Program-made: the position numbers and the translations under genes
Source: the human T2T-CHM13v2.0 reference genome, Homo sapiens
Direction: 5' to 3' (one strand)
NCBI RefSeq assembly: GCF_009914755.1
Contig: NC_060933.1
Length of the DNA stretch: 64,000 nt
Part shown: positions 13,721-28,200 of the stretch, in pieces
Layout of the letters: every line of letters begins with the position of its first letter
Numbering within the stretch: the stretch's first letter is position 1
Notes under the pieces: generated by a model
What the model saw: only the letters and a program-made list of their open reading frames with translations
Database searches by the model: none
What the model was told of the DNA's origin: nothing

Positions 13721-16700
13721 TCCATTCCATTCCTTTCTATTCCATTACGGATGATTCCATTCCATTGCATTCCATTCCATTCCATTCCCCTGTACTCGGT
13801 TTGATTCCATTCCCTTCCATTCCAATCCATGCCATTCCACTCGTGTTGATTCCATTCTTTCCATTCCATTCAAGTTGAATCCATTCCATTGCATTCCATT
13901 CCATTCCATTCCCCTGCAGTCGGGTTGATTCCATTCCATTCCATTCCATTCCATTCCACTCCATTCCATTCAGTTCCATTCCATTCCATTCCATTCCATT
14001 CCGTTCCGTTCCGTTCCGTTCCGTTCCATTCCATTCCATTCCATTCCATTCCATTCCCCTGCACTCGCGTTGATTCCATTCCATTCCATTCCATTCCATT
14101 CCATTCCGTTCCGTTCCATTCCATTCCATTCCATTCTATTCGGGTTAATTCCATTCCATTCCATTCGATTGAAATCGAGTTGATTCCATTCCATTCCTTT
14201 CCATTCCATTCCATTCCATTCCATTCCTTTCCATTCCATTACGGATGATTCCATTCCATTGCATTCCATTCCATTCCATTCCCCTGTACTCGGGTTGATT
14301 CCATTCCATTCCATTCCAATCCATGCCATTCCACTCGTGTTGATTCCATTCTTTCCATTCCATTCAAGTTGAATCCATTCCATTGCATTCCATTCCATTG
14401 GATTCCATTCGATTGCACTCGGGTTGATTCCATTCCATTGCATTCCGTTCCATTCCATTCCATTCCATTCCATTCAATTCCGTTCCATTCCATTACATTC
14501 GGATTGATTCTATTCAATTCCCTTACACTGCATTACATTCCATTCCATTCGGGTAGTTTCCATTCCATTCCATTCCATTCCTCTCCATTCCATTGCACTC
14601 AGGTTGATTCCATTCCATTGCATTCCATTCCATTCCATTCAATTCCATTCCGTTCCATTCCATTCCATTCCATTCCATTCCATTCCGGAAGATTCCATTC
14701 CATTGCATTCCATTCCATTCCATTCCCCTGCACTCGCGTTGATTCCATTCCATTCCACTCCATTCCATTCCATTCCATGCCTTTCCGTTCCATTCCACTC
14801 CATTCCATTCCATTCCATTCCATTCCATTCCGTTCCATTCCATTCCATTCCATTCCATTCTATTCGGGTTAATTCCATTCCATTCCATTCGATTGCAATC
14901 GAGTTGATTCCATTCCATTCCATTCCATTCCATTCCATTCCATTCCATTCCGTTCCGTTCCGTTCCATTCCATTCCATTCTATTCGGGTTAATTCCATTC
15001 CATTCCATTCGATTGCAATCGAGTTGATTCCATTCCATTCCATTCCATTCCATTCCATTCCATTCCATTCCGTTCCGTTCCGTTCCGTTCCATTCCATTC
15101 CATTCTATTCGGTTTAATTCCATTGCATTCCATTCCATTCCATTCCATTCCATTCCAATCGAGTTGATTCCATTCCATTCCATTCCATTCCATTCCACTC
15201 CATTCCAGTCCTTTCCATTCCATTCCACTCGGGTTGATTCCATTCTATTCCTTTCCATTCCATTCCATTCCATTGCAATCGAGTTGATTCCATTGCTTTG
15301 CATTCCATTCCATTCCATTCCATTCCGGATGATTCCATTCCATTGCATTCCATTCCATTCCATTCCCCTGCACTCGGGTTGATTTCATTCCATTCCACTC
15401 CATTCCATTCCATTCCATTCCATTCCATTCCATTCCTTTTCGTTCCATTCCATTCTGTTCCGTACATTCCATTCCATTCCATTCCATTCCATTCCATTCC
15501 ATTCCACTCGTGTTGATTCCATTCCTTTCCATTCCATTCGGTTTGAAGGCATTCCATTCCATTCAATTCCATTCCATTTCATTCCATTCCATTCCATTCC
15601 ATTCCATTCCATTCCATTCCATTCCATTCCATTGTACTCGGGTTGATTCCATTCCATATCTTTCCATTCCATTCCATTCCATTCCATTCCATTCCGTTGC
15701 TTTCCATTCCATTACATTCGGATTGATTCTATTCAACTCCCTTACTCTCCATTACATTCCATTCCATTCGGGTTGTTCCATTCCATTCCATTCCATTCCA
15801 CTCCATTCCATTGTACTCGGGTTGATTCCATTCCATTCCATTCCATTCCATTCCATTCCGGATGATTCCATTCCATTGCATTCCGTTCCATTACATTCCC
15901 CTGCACTCGCGTTGATTCCATTCCATTCCATTCCATTCCATTCAATTCCATTCCATTACAATTCGTTCCATTCCATTCTATTCCGTACCATTCCATTCCA
16001 TTCCATACCATTCCATTCCATTCCATTCCATTGCATTCCATTCCGTTCCGTTCCATTCCGTTCCATTCCATTCCATTCCATTCTGCTCGGGTTAATTCCA
16101 TTCCATTCCATTCCATTCCATTCCATTCCATTCCATTCCATTCCATTCTATTCCATTCCATTGCAATCGAGTTGAATCCATTGCATTTCATTCCATTCCA
16201 TTCCATTCCATTCCATTGCATTCCATTCCATTCCATTCCTCTGCACTCGCGTTGATTCCATTCCATTCCATTCCATTCCATTCCATTCTGTTCCGTTCCG
16301 TTCCGTTCCGTTCCGTTCCATTCCATTCCATTCCATTCTATTCCATTCCGTTCCGTTCCATTCCATTCCATTCCATTCCATTCTATTCGGGTTAATTCCA
16401 TTCCATTCCATTCGATTGCAATCGAGTTGATTCCATTCCATTCCATTCCATTCCATTCCATTCCATTCCATTCCTTTCCATTACATTACGGATGATTGCA
16501 TTCCATTTCATTCCATTCCATTCCATTCCCCTGTACTCGGGTTGATTCCATTCCATTCCATTCCAATCCATGGCATTCCACTCGTGTTGACTCCATTCTT
16601 TCCATTCCATTCAAGATGAATCCATTCCATTTTATTCCATTCCATTCGATTCCATTCGTTTGCACTCGTGTTGATTCCATGGCATTGCATTCCATTCCAT

Positions 16701-19700
16701 TCCATTCCATTCCATTCCTTTCCTTTCCATTCCATTCCATTCCATTCGGATTCATTCTATTCAATTCCCTTACACTCCATTACATTACATTCCAGTCGGG
16801 TTGTTCCATTCCATTCCATTCGATTCCACTCCATTCCATTGCACTCGGGTTGATTCCATTCCATTCCATTCCATTCCATTCCGGATGATTCCATTCCATT
16901 GCATTCCGTTCCAATCCATTCCCCTGCACTCGCGCTGATTCCATTCCATTCCATTCCATTCCATTACAATTCGTTCTATTCCATTCTATTCCGTACCATT
17001 CCATTCAATTCCATACCATTCCATTCCATTAAATTCCATTCCATTCCATTCAGTTCCATTGCATTCCATTCCATTCCATTCCATTCTATTCGGGTTAATT
17101 CCATTCCATTCCATTCCATTCCATTCTATTCCATTCCATTGCAATCGAGTTGAATCCATTGCATTTCATTCCATTCCATTCCATTGCATTCCGGAAGATT
17201 CCATTCCATTGCATTCCATTCCATTCCATTCCCCTGCACTCGCGTTGATTCCATTCCATTCCATTCCATTCCGTTCCGTTCCGTACCATTCCATTCCATT
17301 CCATTCCGTTCCGTTCCATTCCATTCCATTCCATTCTATTCGGGTTAATTCCATTCCATTCCATTCGATTGCAATCGAGTTGATTCCATTCCATTCCATT
17401 CCATTCCATTCCATTCCATTCCTTTCCATTCCATTATGGATGATTCCATTCCATTGCATTCCATTCCATTCCATTCCCCTGTACTCGGGTTGATTCCATT
17501 CCATTCCATTCAAATCCATGCCATTCCACTCGGGTTGATTCCATTCTTTCCATTCCATTCAAGTTGAATCCATTCCATTGCATTCCATTCCTTTGGATTC
17601 CATTGGATTGCACTCGGGTTGATTCCATTCCATTGCATTCCATTCCATTCCATTCCATTCCATTCCATTCCATTCCGTTCCATTCCATTACATTCGGATT
17701 GAATCTATTCAATTCCCTTACACTGCATTCCATTCCATTCCATTCGGGTAGTTTCCATTCCATTCCATTCCATTCCTCTCCATTCCATTGCACTCGGGTT
17801 GATTCCATTCCATTGCATTCCATTCCATTCCATTCAATTCCATTCCGTTCCATTACATTCCATTACATTCGGATTGATTCTATTCAACTCCCTTACTCTC
17901 CATTACATTCCACTCCATTCGGGTTGTTCCATTCCATTCCACTCCATTCCATTGCACTCGGGTTGATTCCATTCCATTCCATTCCATTCCATTCCATTCC
18001 ATTCCATTCCATTCCGGAAGATTCCATTCCATTGCATTCCATTACATTCCATTCCCCTGCACTCGCGTTGATTCCATTTCATTCCACTCCTTTCCATTCC
18101 ATTCCATTCCTTTCGGTTCCATTCCATTCCATTCCAATCCATTCCATTCCATTCAATTTCGTTCCGTTCCATTCCATTCCTTTCCATTACATTCGGTTTA
18201 ATTCCATTCCATTCCATTCGATTTCAATCGAGTTGATTCCATTCCATTCCATTCCATTCCATTCCATTCCTTTCTATTCCATTACGGATGATTCCATTCC
18301 ATTGCATTCCATTCCATTCCATTCCCCTGTACTCGGATTGATTCCATTCCCTTCCATTCCAATCCATGCCATTCCACTCGTGTTGATTCCATTCTTTCCA
18401 TTCCATTCAAGTTGAATCCATTCCATTGCATTCCATTCCATTCCATTCCCCTGCAGTCGGGTTGATTCCATTCCATTCCATTCCATTCCATTCCATTCCA
18501 TTCCGTTCCGTTCCATTCCATTCCATTCCATTCTATTCGGGTTAATTCCATTCCATTCCATTCCATTCCATTCCATTCAGTTCCATTCCATTCCATTCCA
18601 TTCCATTCCATTCCATTCTATTCGGGTTAATTCCATTCCATTCCATTCCATTCCATTCCATTCCATTCCATTCTATTCCATTCCATTGCAATCGAGTTGA
18701 ATCTATTGCATTTCATTCCATTCCATTCCATTCCATTCCATTCCGGAAGATTCCATTCCATTGCATTCCATTCCATTCCATTCCCCTGCACTCGCGTTGA
18801 TTCCATTCCATTCCATTCCATTCCATTCCATTCCGTTCCGTTCTGTTCCATTCCATTCCATTCCATTCCATTCCGTTCCGTTCCATTCCATTCCATTCCA
18901 TTCTATTCGGGTTAATTCCATTCCATTCCATTCGATTGCAATCGAGTTGATTCCATTCCATTCCATTCCATTCCATTCCATTCCATTCCATTCCATTCCT
19001 TTCCATTCCATTACGGATGATTCCATTCCATTGCATTCCATTCCATTCCATTCCCCTGTACTCGGGTTAATTCCATTCCATTCCATTCCAATCCATGCCT
19101 TTCCAATCGTGTTGATTCCATTCTTTCCATTCCATTCAAGTTGAATCCATTCCATTGCATTCCATTCCATTCCATTCCCCTGCAGTCGGGATGATTCCAT
19201 TCCATTCCATTTCATTCCATTCCATTCCATTCCATTCCGTTCCATTCCATTCCATTCCATTCTATTCGGGTTAATTCCATTCCATTCCATTCCATTCCAT
19301 TCCATTCCATTCCATTCCAATCGAGTTGATTCCATTCCATTCCCTTCCATTCCATTCCATTCCACTCCATTCCAGTCCTTTCCATTCCATTCCACTTGGG
19401 TTGATTCCATTCCATTGCATTCCATTCCATTCCATTCCATTCCATTCCGGATGATTCCATTCCATTGCATTCCATTCCATTCCATTCCCCTGCACTCGGG
19501 TTGATTACATTCCATTCCCTTCCCTTCCATTCCTTTCCATTCCATTCCATTCCATTCTATTCGGGTGAATTCCATTCCATTCCATTCCATTCCATTCCAT
19601 TCCATTCCATTCCTTTCCATTACAATCGAGTTGATTCCATTCCATTCCATTCCATTCCGTTCCGGATGATTCCATTCCATTGCATTCCATTCCATTCCAT

Positions 19701-22299
19701 TCCCCTGCAGTCGGGTTGATTCCTTTCCATTCCATTCCATTCCATTCCATTCTATTCCATTCCGTTCCATTGCATTCCATTCCATTCTATTCGGGTTAAT
19801 TCCATTGCATTCCATTCCATTCCATTCCAATCGAGTTAATTCCATTCCATTCCTTTCCATTCCACTCCATTCCATTCCATTCCATTCCGGATGATTCCAT
19901 TCCATTGCATTCCATTCCATTCCATTCCCCTGCACTCGTGTTGATTCCATTCCCTTCCATTCCATTCCATTCCGTTCCATTCCATGGCATTCCATTCTAT
20001 TCCGGTTAATTCCATTCCATTCCATTCCATTCCATTCCATTCCATTGCATTCCGGAAGATTCCATTCCATTGCATTCCATTCCATTCCATTCCCTTGCAC
20101 TCGCGTTGATTCCATTCCATTCCATTCCATTCCGTTCCGTTCCGTACCATTCCATTCCATTCCATTCCGTTCCGTTCCATTCCATTCCATTCCATTCTAT
20201 TCGGGTTAATTCCATTCCATTCCATTCGATTGCAATCGAGTTGATTCCATTCCATTCCATTCCATTCCATTCCATTCCATTCCATTCCATTACGGATGAT
20301 TCCATTCCATTGCATTACATTCCATTCCATTCCCCTGTACTCGGGTTGATTCCATTCCATTCCATTCCATTCCATTCTATTCCATTCCATTCCATTCCAT
20401 TCCGGAAGATTCCATTCCATTGCATTCCATTCCATTCCATTCCCCTGCACTCGCGTTGATTCCATTCCATTCCATTCCATTCAATTCCATTCCATTCCAT
20501 TGCATTCCGATCCGTTCCGTTCCATTCCATTCCATTCCATTCCATTCCGTTCCATTCCATTCCATTCCATTCCATTCCATTCTATTCGGGTTAATTCCAT
20601 TCCATTCCATTCAATTGCAATCGAGTTGATTCCATTCCATTCCATTCCATTCCATTCCATTCCATTCCATTCTATTCCATTCCATTGCAATCGAGTTGAA
20701 TCTATTGCATTTCATTCCATTCCATTCCATTCCATTCCATTCCGGAAGTTTCCATTCCATTGCATTCCATTCCATTCCATTCCCCTGCACTCGCGTTGAT
20801 TCCATTCCATTCCATTCCATTCCATTCCGTTCCGTTCCATTCCATTCCATTCCATTCCGTTCCATTCCATTCCATTCCATTCTATTCGGGTTAATTCCAT
20901 TCCATTCCATTTGATTGCAATCGAGTTGATTCCATTCCATTCCATTCCATTCCATTCCATTCCATTCCATTCCTTTCCATTCCATTACGGATGATTCCAT
21001 TCCATTGCATTCCATTCCATTCCATTCCCCTGTACTCGGGTTGATTCCATTCCATTCCATTCCAATCCATGCCATTCCACTCGTGTTGATTCCATTCTTT
21101 CCATTCCATTCAAGTTGAATCCATTCCATTGCATTCCATTCAATTTGATTCCATTCGATTGCACTCGGGTTGATTCCATTCCATTGCATTCCATTCCATT
21201 CCATTCCATTCCATTCCATTCCATTCCGTTCCATTCCATTCCATTACATTCGGATTGATTCTATTCAATTCCCTTACACTGCATTACATTCCATTCCATT
21301 CGGGTAGTTTCCATTCCATTCCATTCCATTCCCCTCCATTCCATTGCACTCGGGTTGATTCCATTCCATTGCATTCCATTCCATTCCATTCAATTCCATT
21401 CCGTTCCATTCAATTCCATTACATTCGGATTGATTCTATTCAACTCCCTTACTCTCCATTCCATTCCATTCCATTCGGGTTGTTCCATTCCATTCCATTC
21501 CATTCCACTCCATTCCATTGCACTCGGGTTGATTCCATTTCATTCCATTCCATTCCATTCCATTCCATTCCATTCCATTCCATTCCATTACAATCGAGTT
21601 GATTCCATTCCATTCCATTCCATTCCAGTCCTTTCCATTCCATTCCACTCGGGTTGATTCCATTCTATTAGTTTCCATTCCATTCCATTCCCTTCCATTC
21701 CACTCTGGTTGATTCCGTTCCTTTCCATTCCACTCGAATACATTCCCTCCTATTCCACTTGGAACGATTCCATTCCATTCCATTCCATTCCATTCCATTC
21801 CATTCCATTTCGTTCCATTCCATTGTATTCCGTATGTTTCCATTCCATTCCATTCCATTCCATTCCATTCCATTCCATTCCATTCCATTGTACTCGGGTT
21901 GATTCCATTCCATTGCATTCCATTCCATTCCATTCCATTCCATTCCATTCCGTTCCATTCCATTACATTCTGATTGATTCTTTTCAACTCCCTTACTCTC
22001 CATTACATTCCATTCCATTCGGATTGTTCCATTCCATTCCATTCCATTCCACTCCATTCCATTGCACTCGGGTTGATTCCATTCCATTCCATTGCATTCC
22101 TTTCCGGATGATTCCATTCCATTGCATTCTGTTCCATTACATTCCCCTGCAATCGGGTTGATTCCATTCCATTCCATTCCATTCCATTCGATTCCATTCC
22201 ATTCCCCTGCACTCGCGGTGATTCCATTCCATTCCATTGCATTCCATTCCATTCCATTCCATTCCTTTCCATTCCAGTCCTTTCCATTCCATTCCACTC

Positions 22300-25200
22300 A
22301 GGTTGATTCCATTCTATTAGTTTCCATTCCATTCCATTCCCTTCCATTCCACTCTGGTTGATTCCATTCCTTTCCATTCCACTCGAATACATTCCCTCCT
22401 ATTCCACTCGGAACGATTCCATTCCATTCCATTCCATTCCATTCCATTCCATTCCATTCTATTCCATTCCATTCCATTCCATTCCATTTCGTTCCATTCC
22501 ATTCTATTCCGTATCATTCCATTCCATTCCATTCCATTCCATTCCACTCGTGTTGATTTCATTCCTTTCCATTCCATTCGGTTTGAAGGCATTCCATTCC
22601 ATTCCATTCCATTCCATTCCATTCCAGTCCATTCCATTCCATTGTACTCGGGTTGATTCCATTCCATTGCATTCCATTCCATTCCATTCCATTCCATTCC
22701 GTTGCATTCCATTCCATTACATTCGGATTGATTCTATTCAACTCCCTTACTCTCCATTACATTCCATTCCATTCGTGTTGTTCCATTCCATTCCATTCCA
22801 TTCCACTCCATTCCATTGCACTCGGATTGATTCCATTCCATTCCATTCCATTCCATTCCATTCCGGATGATTCCATTCCATTGCATTCCGTTCCATTACA
22901 TTCCCCTGCACTCGGGTTGATTCCATTCCATTCCATTCCTTTCCATTCGATTCCATTCCATTCCAATTCTTTCCATTCCATTCTATTCCGTACCATTCCA
23001 TTCCATTCCATACAATTCCATTCCATTCCATTCCACTCCGTTCCATTCCGTTCCGTTCCGTTCCGTTCCATTCCATTCCATTCCATTCTATTCGGTTTAA
23101 TTCCATTCCATTCCATTCCATTCCATTACATTCTATTCCATTCCATTGCAATCGAGTTGAATCCATTGCATTCCATTCCATTCCATTGCATTCCATTCCG
23201 GAAGATTCCATTCCATTGCATTCCATTCCTTTCCATTCCATTCCATTCCATTCCATTCCATTCCATTCCATTGTACTCGGGTTGATTCCATTCCATTGCA
23301 TTCCATTCCATTCCATTCCATTCCATTCCATTCCATTCCGTTCCATTCCATTCCATTACATTCGGATTGATTCTTTTCATCTCCCTTACTCTCCATTACT
23401 TTCCATTCCATTCGGGTTGTTCCATTCCATTCCATTCCATTCCACTCCATTCCATTGCACTCGGGTTGATTCCACTCCATTCCATTCCATTCCATTCCGG
23501 ATGATTCCATTCCATTGCATTCCGTTCCATTCCATTCCCCTGCACTCGGGTTGATTCCATTCCATTCCATTCCATTCCATTCCATTCCATTCCATTCCAT
23601 TCCATTCCATTCCTTTCCATTCCATTCTAATCCATTCCATTGCAATCGAGTTGAATCCATTGCATTTCATTCCATTCCATTCCATTCCATTCCATTCCAG
23701 AAGATTCCATTCCATTGCATTCCATTCCATTCCATTCCCCTGCACTCAGGTTGATTCCGTTCCATTCCATTCCTTTCCATTCCGTTCCGTTCCGTTCCAT
23801 TCCATTCCATTCCATTCCGTTCCGTTCCATTCCATTCCATTCCATTCTATTCGGGTTAATTCCATTCCATTCAATTCGATTGCAATCGAGTTGATTCCAT
23901 TCCATTCCATTCCATTCCATTCCATTCCTTTCCATTCCATTACGGATGATTCCATTCCATTGCATTCCATTCCATGCCATTCCCCTGTACTCGGGTTGAT
24001 TCCATTCCATTCCATTCCAATGCATGCCATTCCACTGGTGTTGATTCCATTCTTTCCATTCCATTCAAGTTGATTCCATTCCATTGCATTCCATTCCATT
24101 CGATTCCATTCGATTGCACTCGGGTTGATTCCATTCCATTGCATTCCATTCCATTCCATTCCATTCCATTCCATTCCGTTCCATTCCATTCCATTACATT
24201 CGGATTGATTCTATTCAATTCCCTTACACTCCATTACATTCCATTCCATTCGGGTAGTTTCCATTCCATTCCATTCCATTCCTCTCCATTCCACTGCACT
24301 CGGGTTGATTCCATTCCATTGCATTCCATTCCATTCCATTCAATTCCATTCCTTTCCATTCCATTCCATTCCATTCGGATTGATTCTATTCAACTCCCTT
24401 ACTCTCCGTTACATTCCATTGCATTCGGGTTGTACCATTCCATTCCATTCCATTCCACTCCATTCCATTGCACTCGGGTTGATTCCATTCCATTCCATTC
24501 CATTCCATTCCATTCCATTCCATTCCGGAAGATTCCATTCCATTGCATTCCATTCCATTCCATTCACCTGCACTCGCGTTGATTCCATTCCATGCCATTC
24601 TATTCCATTCCATTCCCTTCCTTTCCGTTCCATTCCATTCCATTCCATTCCATTCCATTCCGTTCCGTTCCATTCCATTCCATTCCATTCTATTCGGGTT
24701 AATTCCATTCCATTCCATTCGATTGCAATCGAGTTGATTCCATTCCATTCGATTCCATTCCAATCCATTCCATTACTTTCCATTCCATTACGGATGATTC
24801 CATTCCATTGCATTCCATTCCATTCCATTCCCCTATACTCGGGTTGATTCCATTCCATTCCATTCCAATCCAGGCCATTCCACTCGTGTTGATTCCCTTC
24901 TTTCCATTCCATTCAAGTTGAATCCATTCCATTGCATTCCATTCCATTCGATTCCATTCGATTGCACTCGGGTTGATTCCATTCCATTGCATTCCATGCC
25001 ATTCCATTACATTCCATTCCATTCCGTTCCATTCCATTTCATTACATTCAGATTGATTCTATTTAATTCCCTTACACTCCATTATATTCCAATCCATTCT
25101 GGTTGTCTCCATTCCATTCCATTCCCTTTCACTCCATTCCATTGCACTCGGGTTGATTCCATTCCATTCCATTCCATTGCATTGCATTCCATTCCATTCC

Positions 25201-28200
25201 GGATGATTCCATTCCATTGCATTCCATTCCATTCCATTCCCCTGCACTCGGGTTGATTCCATTCCATTCCGTTCCATTACATTCCGTTCCATTCCATTCC
25301 ATTCCATTCGGATTGATTCTATTCAATTCCCTTACACTCCATTACATTCCATTCCATTCGGGTAGTTTCCATTCCATTGCATTCCATTCCTCTCCATTCC
25401 ATTGCACTCGGGTTGATTTCATTCCATTCCATTCCATTCCATTCCATTCCATTCCATTCCATTCCATTCCATTCCGTTCCATTGTACTCGGGTTGATTCC
25501 ATTCCATTGCATTCCATTCCATTCCATTCCATTCCATTCCAATCCATTCCATTCCATTCCGTTCCATTCCATTACATTCGGATTGATTCTATTCAACTCC
25601 CTTACTCTCCATTACATTCCATTCCATTCGGGTTGTTCCATTCCATTCCATTCCATTCCACTCCATTCCATTGCGCTCGGGTTGATTCAATTCCATTCCA
25701 TTCCATTCCATTCCATTCCATTCCATTCCGGATGATTCCATTCCATTCCATTCCATTCGATACCATTCCATTCCAATTCTTTCCATTCCATTCTATTCCG
25801 TACCATTCCATTCCATTCCATACAATTGCATTCCATTCCATTCCACAACGTTCCGTTCCGTTCCGTTCTTTTCCGTTCCATTCCATTCCATTGCATTCTA
25901 TTCGGTTTAATTCCATTCCATTCCATTCCATTCCATTCCATTCCATTCTATTCCATTCCATTGCAATACAGTTGAATCCATTGCATTCCATTCCATTCCA
26001 TTCCATTCCATTCCATTCCGGAAGATTCCATTCCATTGCATTCCATTCCATTCCATTGTACTCGGGTTGATTCCATTCCATTGCATTCCATTCCATTCCA
26101 TTCCATTCCATTCCGTTCCATTCCATTCCATTCCATTCGGATTGATTCTTTTCAACTCCCTTACTCTCCATTACATTCCATTCCATTCGGGTTGTTCCAT
26201 TCCATTCCATTCCATTCCACTCCATTCCATTGCACTCGGGTTGATTCCATTCCATTCCATTCCATTCCATTCCATTCCATTCCGGATGATTCCATTCCAT
26301 TGCATTCCGTTCCATTACATTCTCCTGCACTCGGCTTGATTCCATTCCATTCCTTTCCATTCCATTCGATTCCATTCCATTCCCCGGCACTCGCGTTGAT
26401 TCCATTCCATTCCATTCCATTCCATTCCATTCCATTCCATTCCTTTCCGTTCCATTCCATTCCATTCCATTCCGTTCCGTTCCATTCCATTCCATTCCAT
26501 TCTATTCGGGTTAATTCCATTCCATTCCATTCGGTTGCAATCGAGTTGATTCCATTCCATTCCATTCCATTCCATTCCATTCCATTCCATTCCAGTCCTT
26601 TCCATTCCTTTCCATTCCATTACTGATGATTCCATTCCATTGCATTCCATTCCATTCCATTCCCCTGTACTCGGGTTGATTCCATTCCATTCCATTCCAT
26701 TCCAATCCATGCCATTCCACTCGTGTTGATTCCATTCTTTCCTTTCCATTCAAGTTGAATGCATTCCATTGCATTCCATGGCATTCGATTCCATTCGATT
26801 GCACTCGGGTTGATTCCATTCCATTGCATTCCATTCCATTCCATTCCATTCCATTCCGTTCCATTCCATTTCATTACATTCAGATTGATTCTATTCAATT
26901 CCCTTACACTCCATTATATTCCAATCCATTCTGGTTGTTTCCATTCCATTCCATTCCATTTCACTCCATTCCATTGCACTCGGGTTGATTCCATTCCATT
27001 CCATTCCATTGCATTCCATTCCATTCCATTCCGGATGATTCCATTCCATTGCATTCCATTCCATTCCATTCCCCTGCACTCGGGTTGATTCCATTCCATT
27101 CCATTCCATTCCATTCCGTTCCATTCCATTCCATTACATTCGGATTGATTCTATTCAACTCCCTTACTCTCCATTACATTCCATTCCATTCGGGTTGTTC
27201 CATTCCATTCCATTCCATTCCACTCCATTCCATTGCACTCGGATTGATTCCATTCCATTCCATTCCATTCCATTCCATTCCATTCCGGATGATTCCATTC
27301 CATTGCATTCCGTTCCATTACATTCCCCTGCACTCGGGTTGATTCCATTCCATTCCATTCCTTTCCATTCGATTCCATTCCATTTCAATTCTTTCCATTC
27401 CATTCTATTCCGTACCATTCCATTCCATTCCATACAATTCCATTCCATTCCATTCCACTCCGTTCCATTCCGTTCCGTTCCGTTCCATTCCATTCCATTC
27501 CATTCTATTCGGTTTAATTCCATTCCATTCCATTCCATTCCATTCTATTCCATTCCATTCCATTCCATTCCATTCCCCTGCACTCGGGTTGATTCCATTC
27601 CATTCCATTCCATTCCATTCCGTTCCATTCCATTCCATTCCATTCGGATTGATTCTATTCAATTCCCTTACACTCCATTACATTCCATTCCATTCGGGTA
27701 GTTTCCATTCCATTCCATTCCATTCCTCTCTATTCCATTGCACTCGGGTTGATTCCATTCCATTCCATTCCATTCAATTCCATTCCATTCCATTCCATTC
27801 CATTCCATTCCGTTACATTCCATTCCATTCCGTTCCATTGTACTCGGGTTGATTCCATTCCATAGCATTCCATTCCATTCCATTCCGTTCCATTCCATTA
27901 CATTCGGATTGATTCTATTCAACTCCCTTACTCTCCATTACATTCCATTGCATTCGGGTTGTTCCATTCCATTCCATTCCATTCCACTCCATTCCCTTGC
28001 ACTCGGGTTGATTCCATTCCATTCCATTCCATTCCATTCCATTCCGGATGATTCCATTCCATTGCATTCCGTTCCATTACATTCCCCTGCACTCGGGTTG
28101 ATTCCATTCCATTCCATTCCCTTCCATTCGATTCCATTCCATTCCAATTCTTTCCGTTCCATTCTATTCCGTACCATGCCATTCCATTCCATACAATTCC

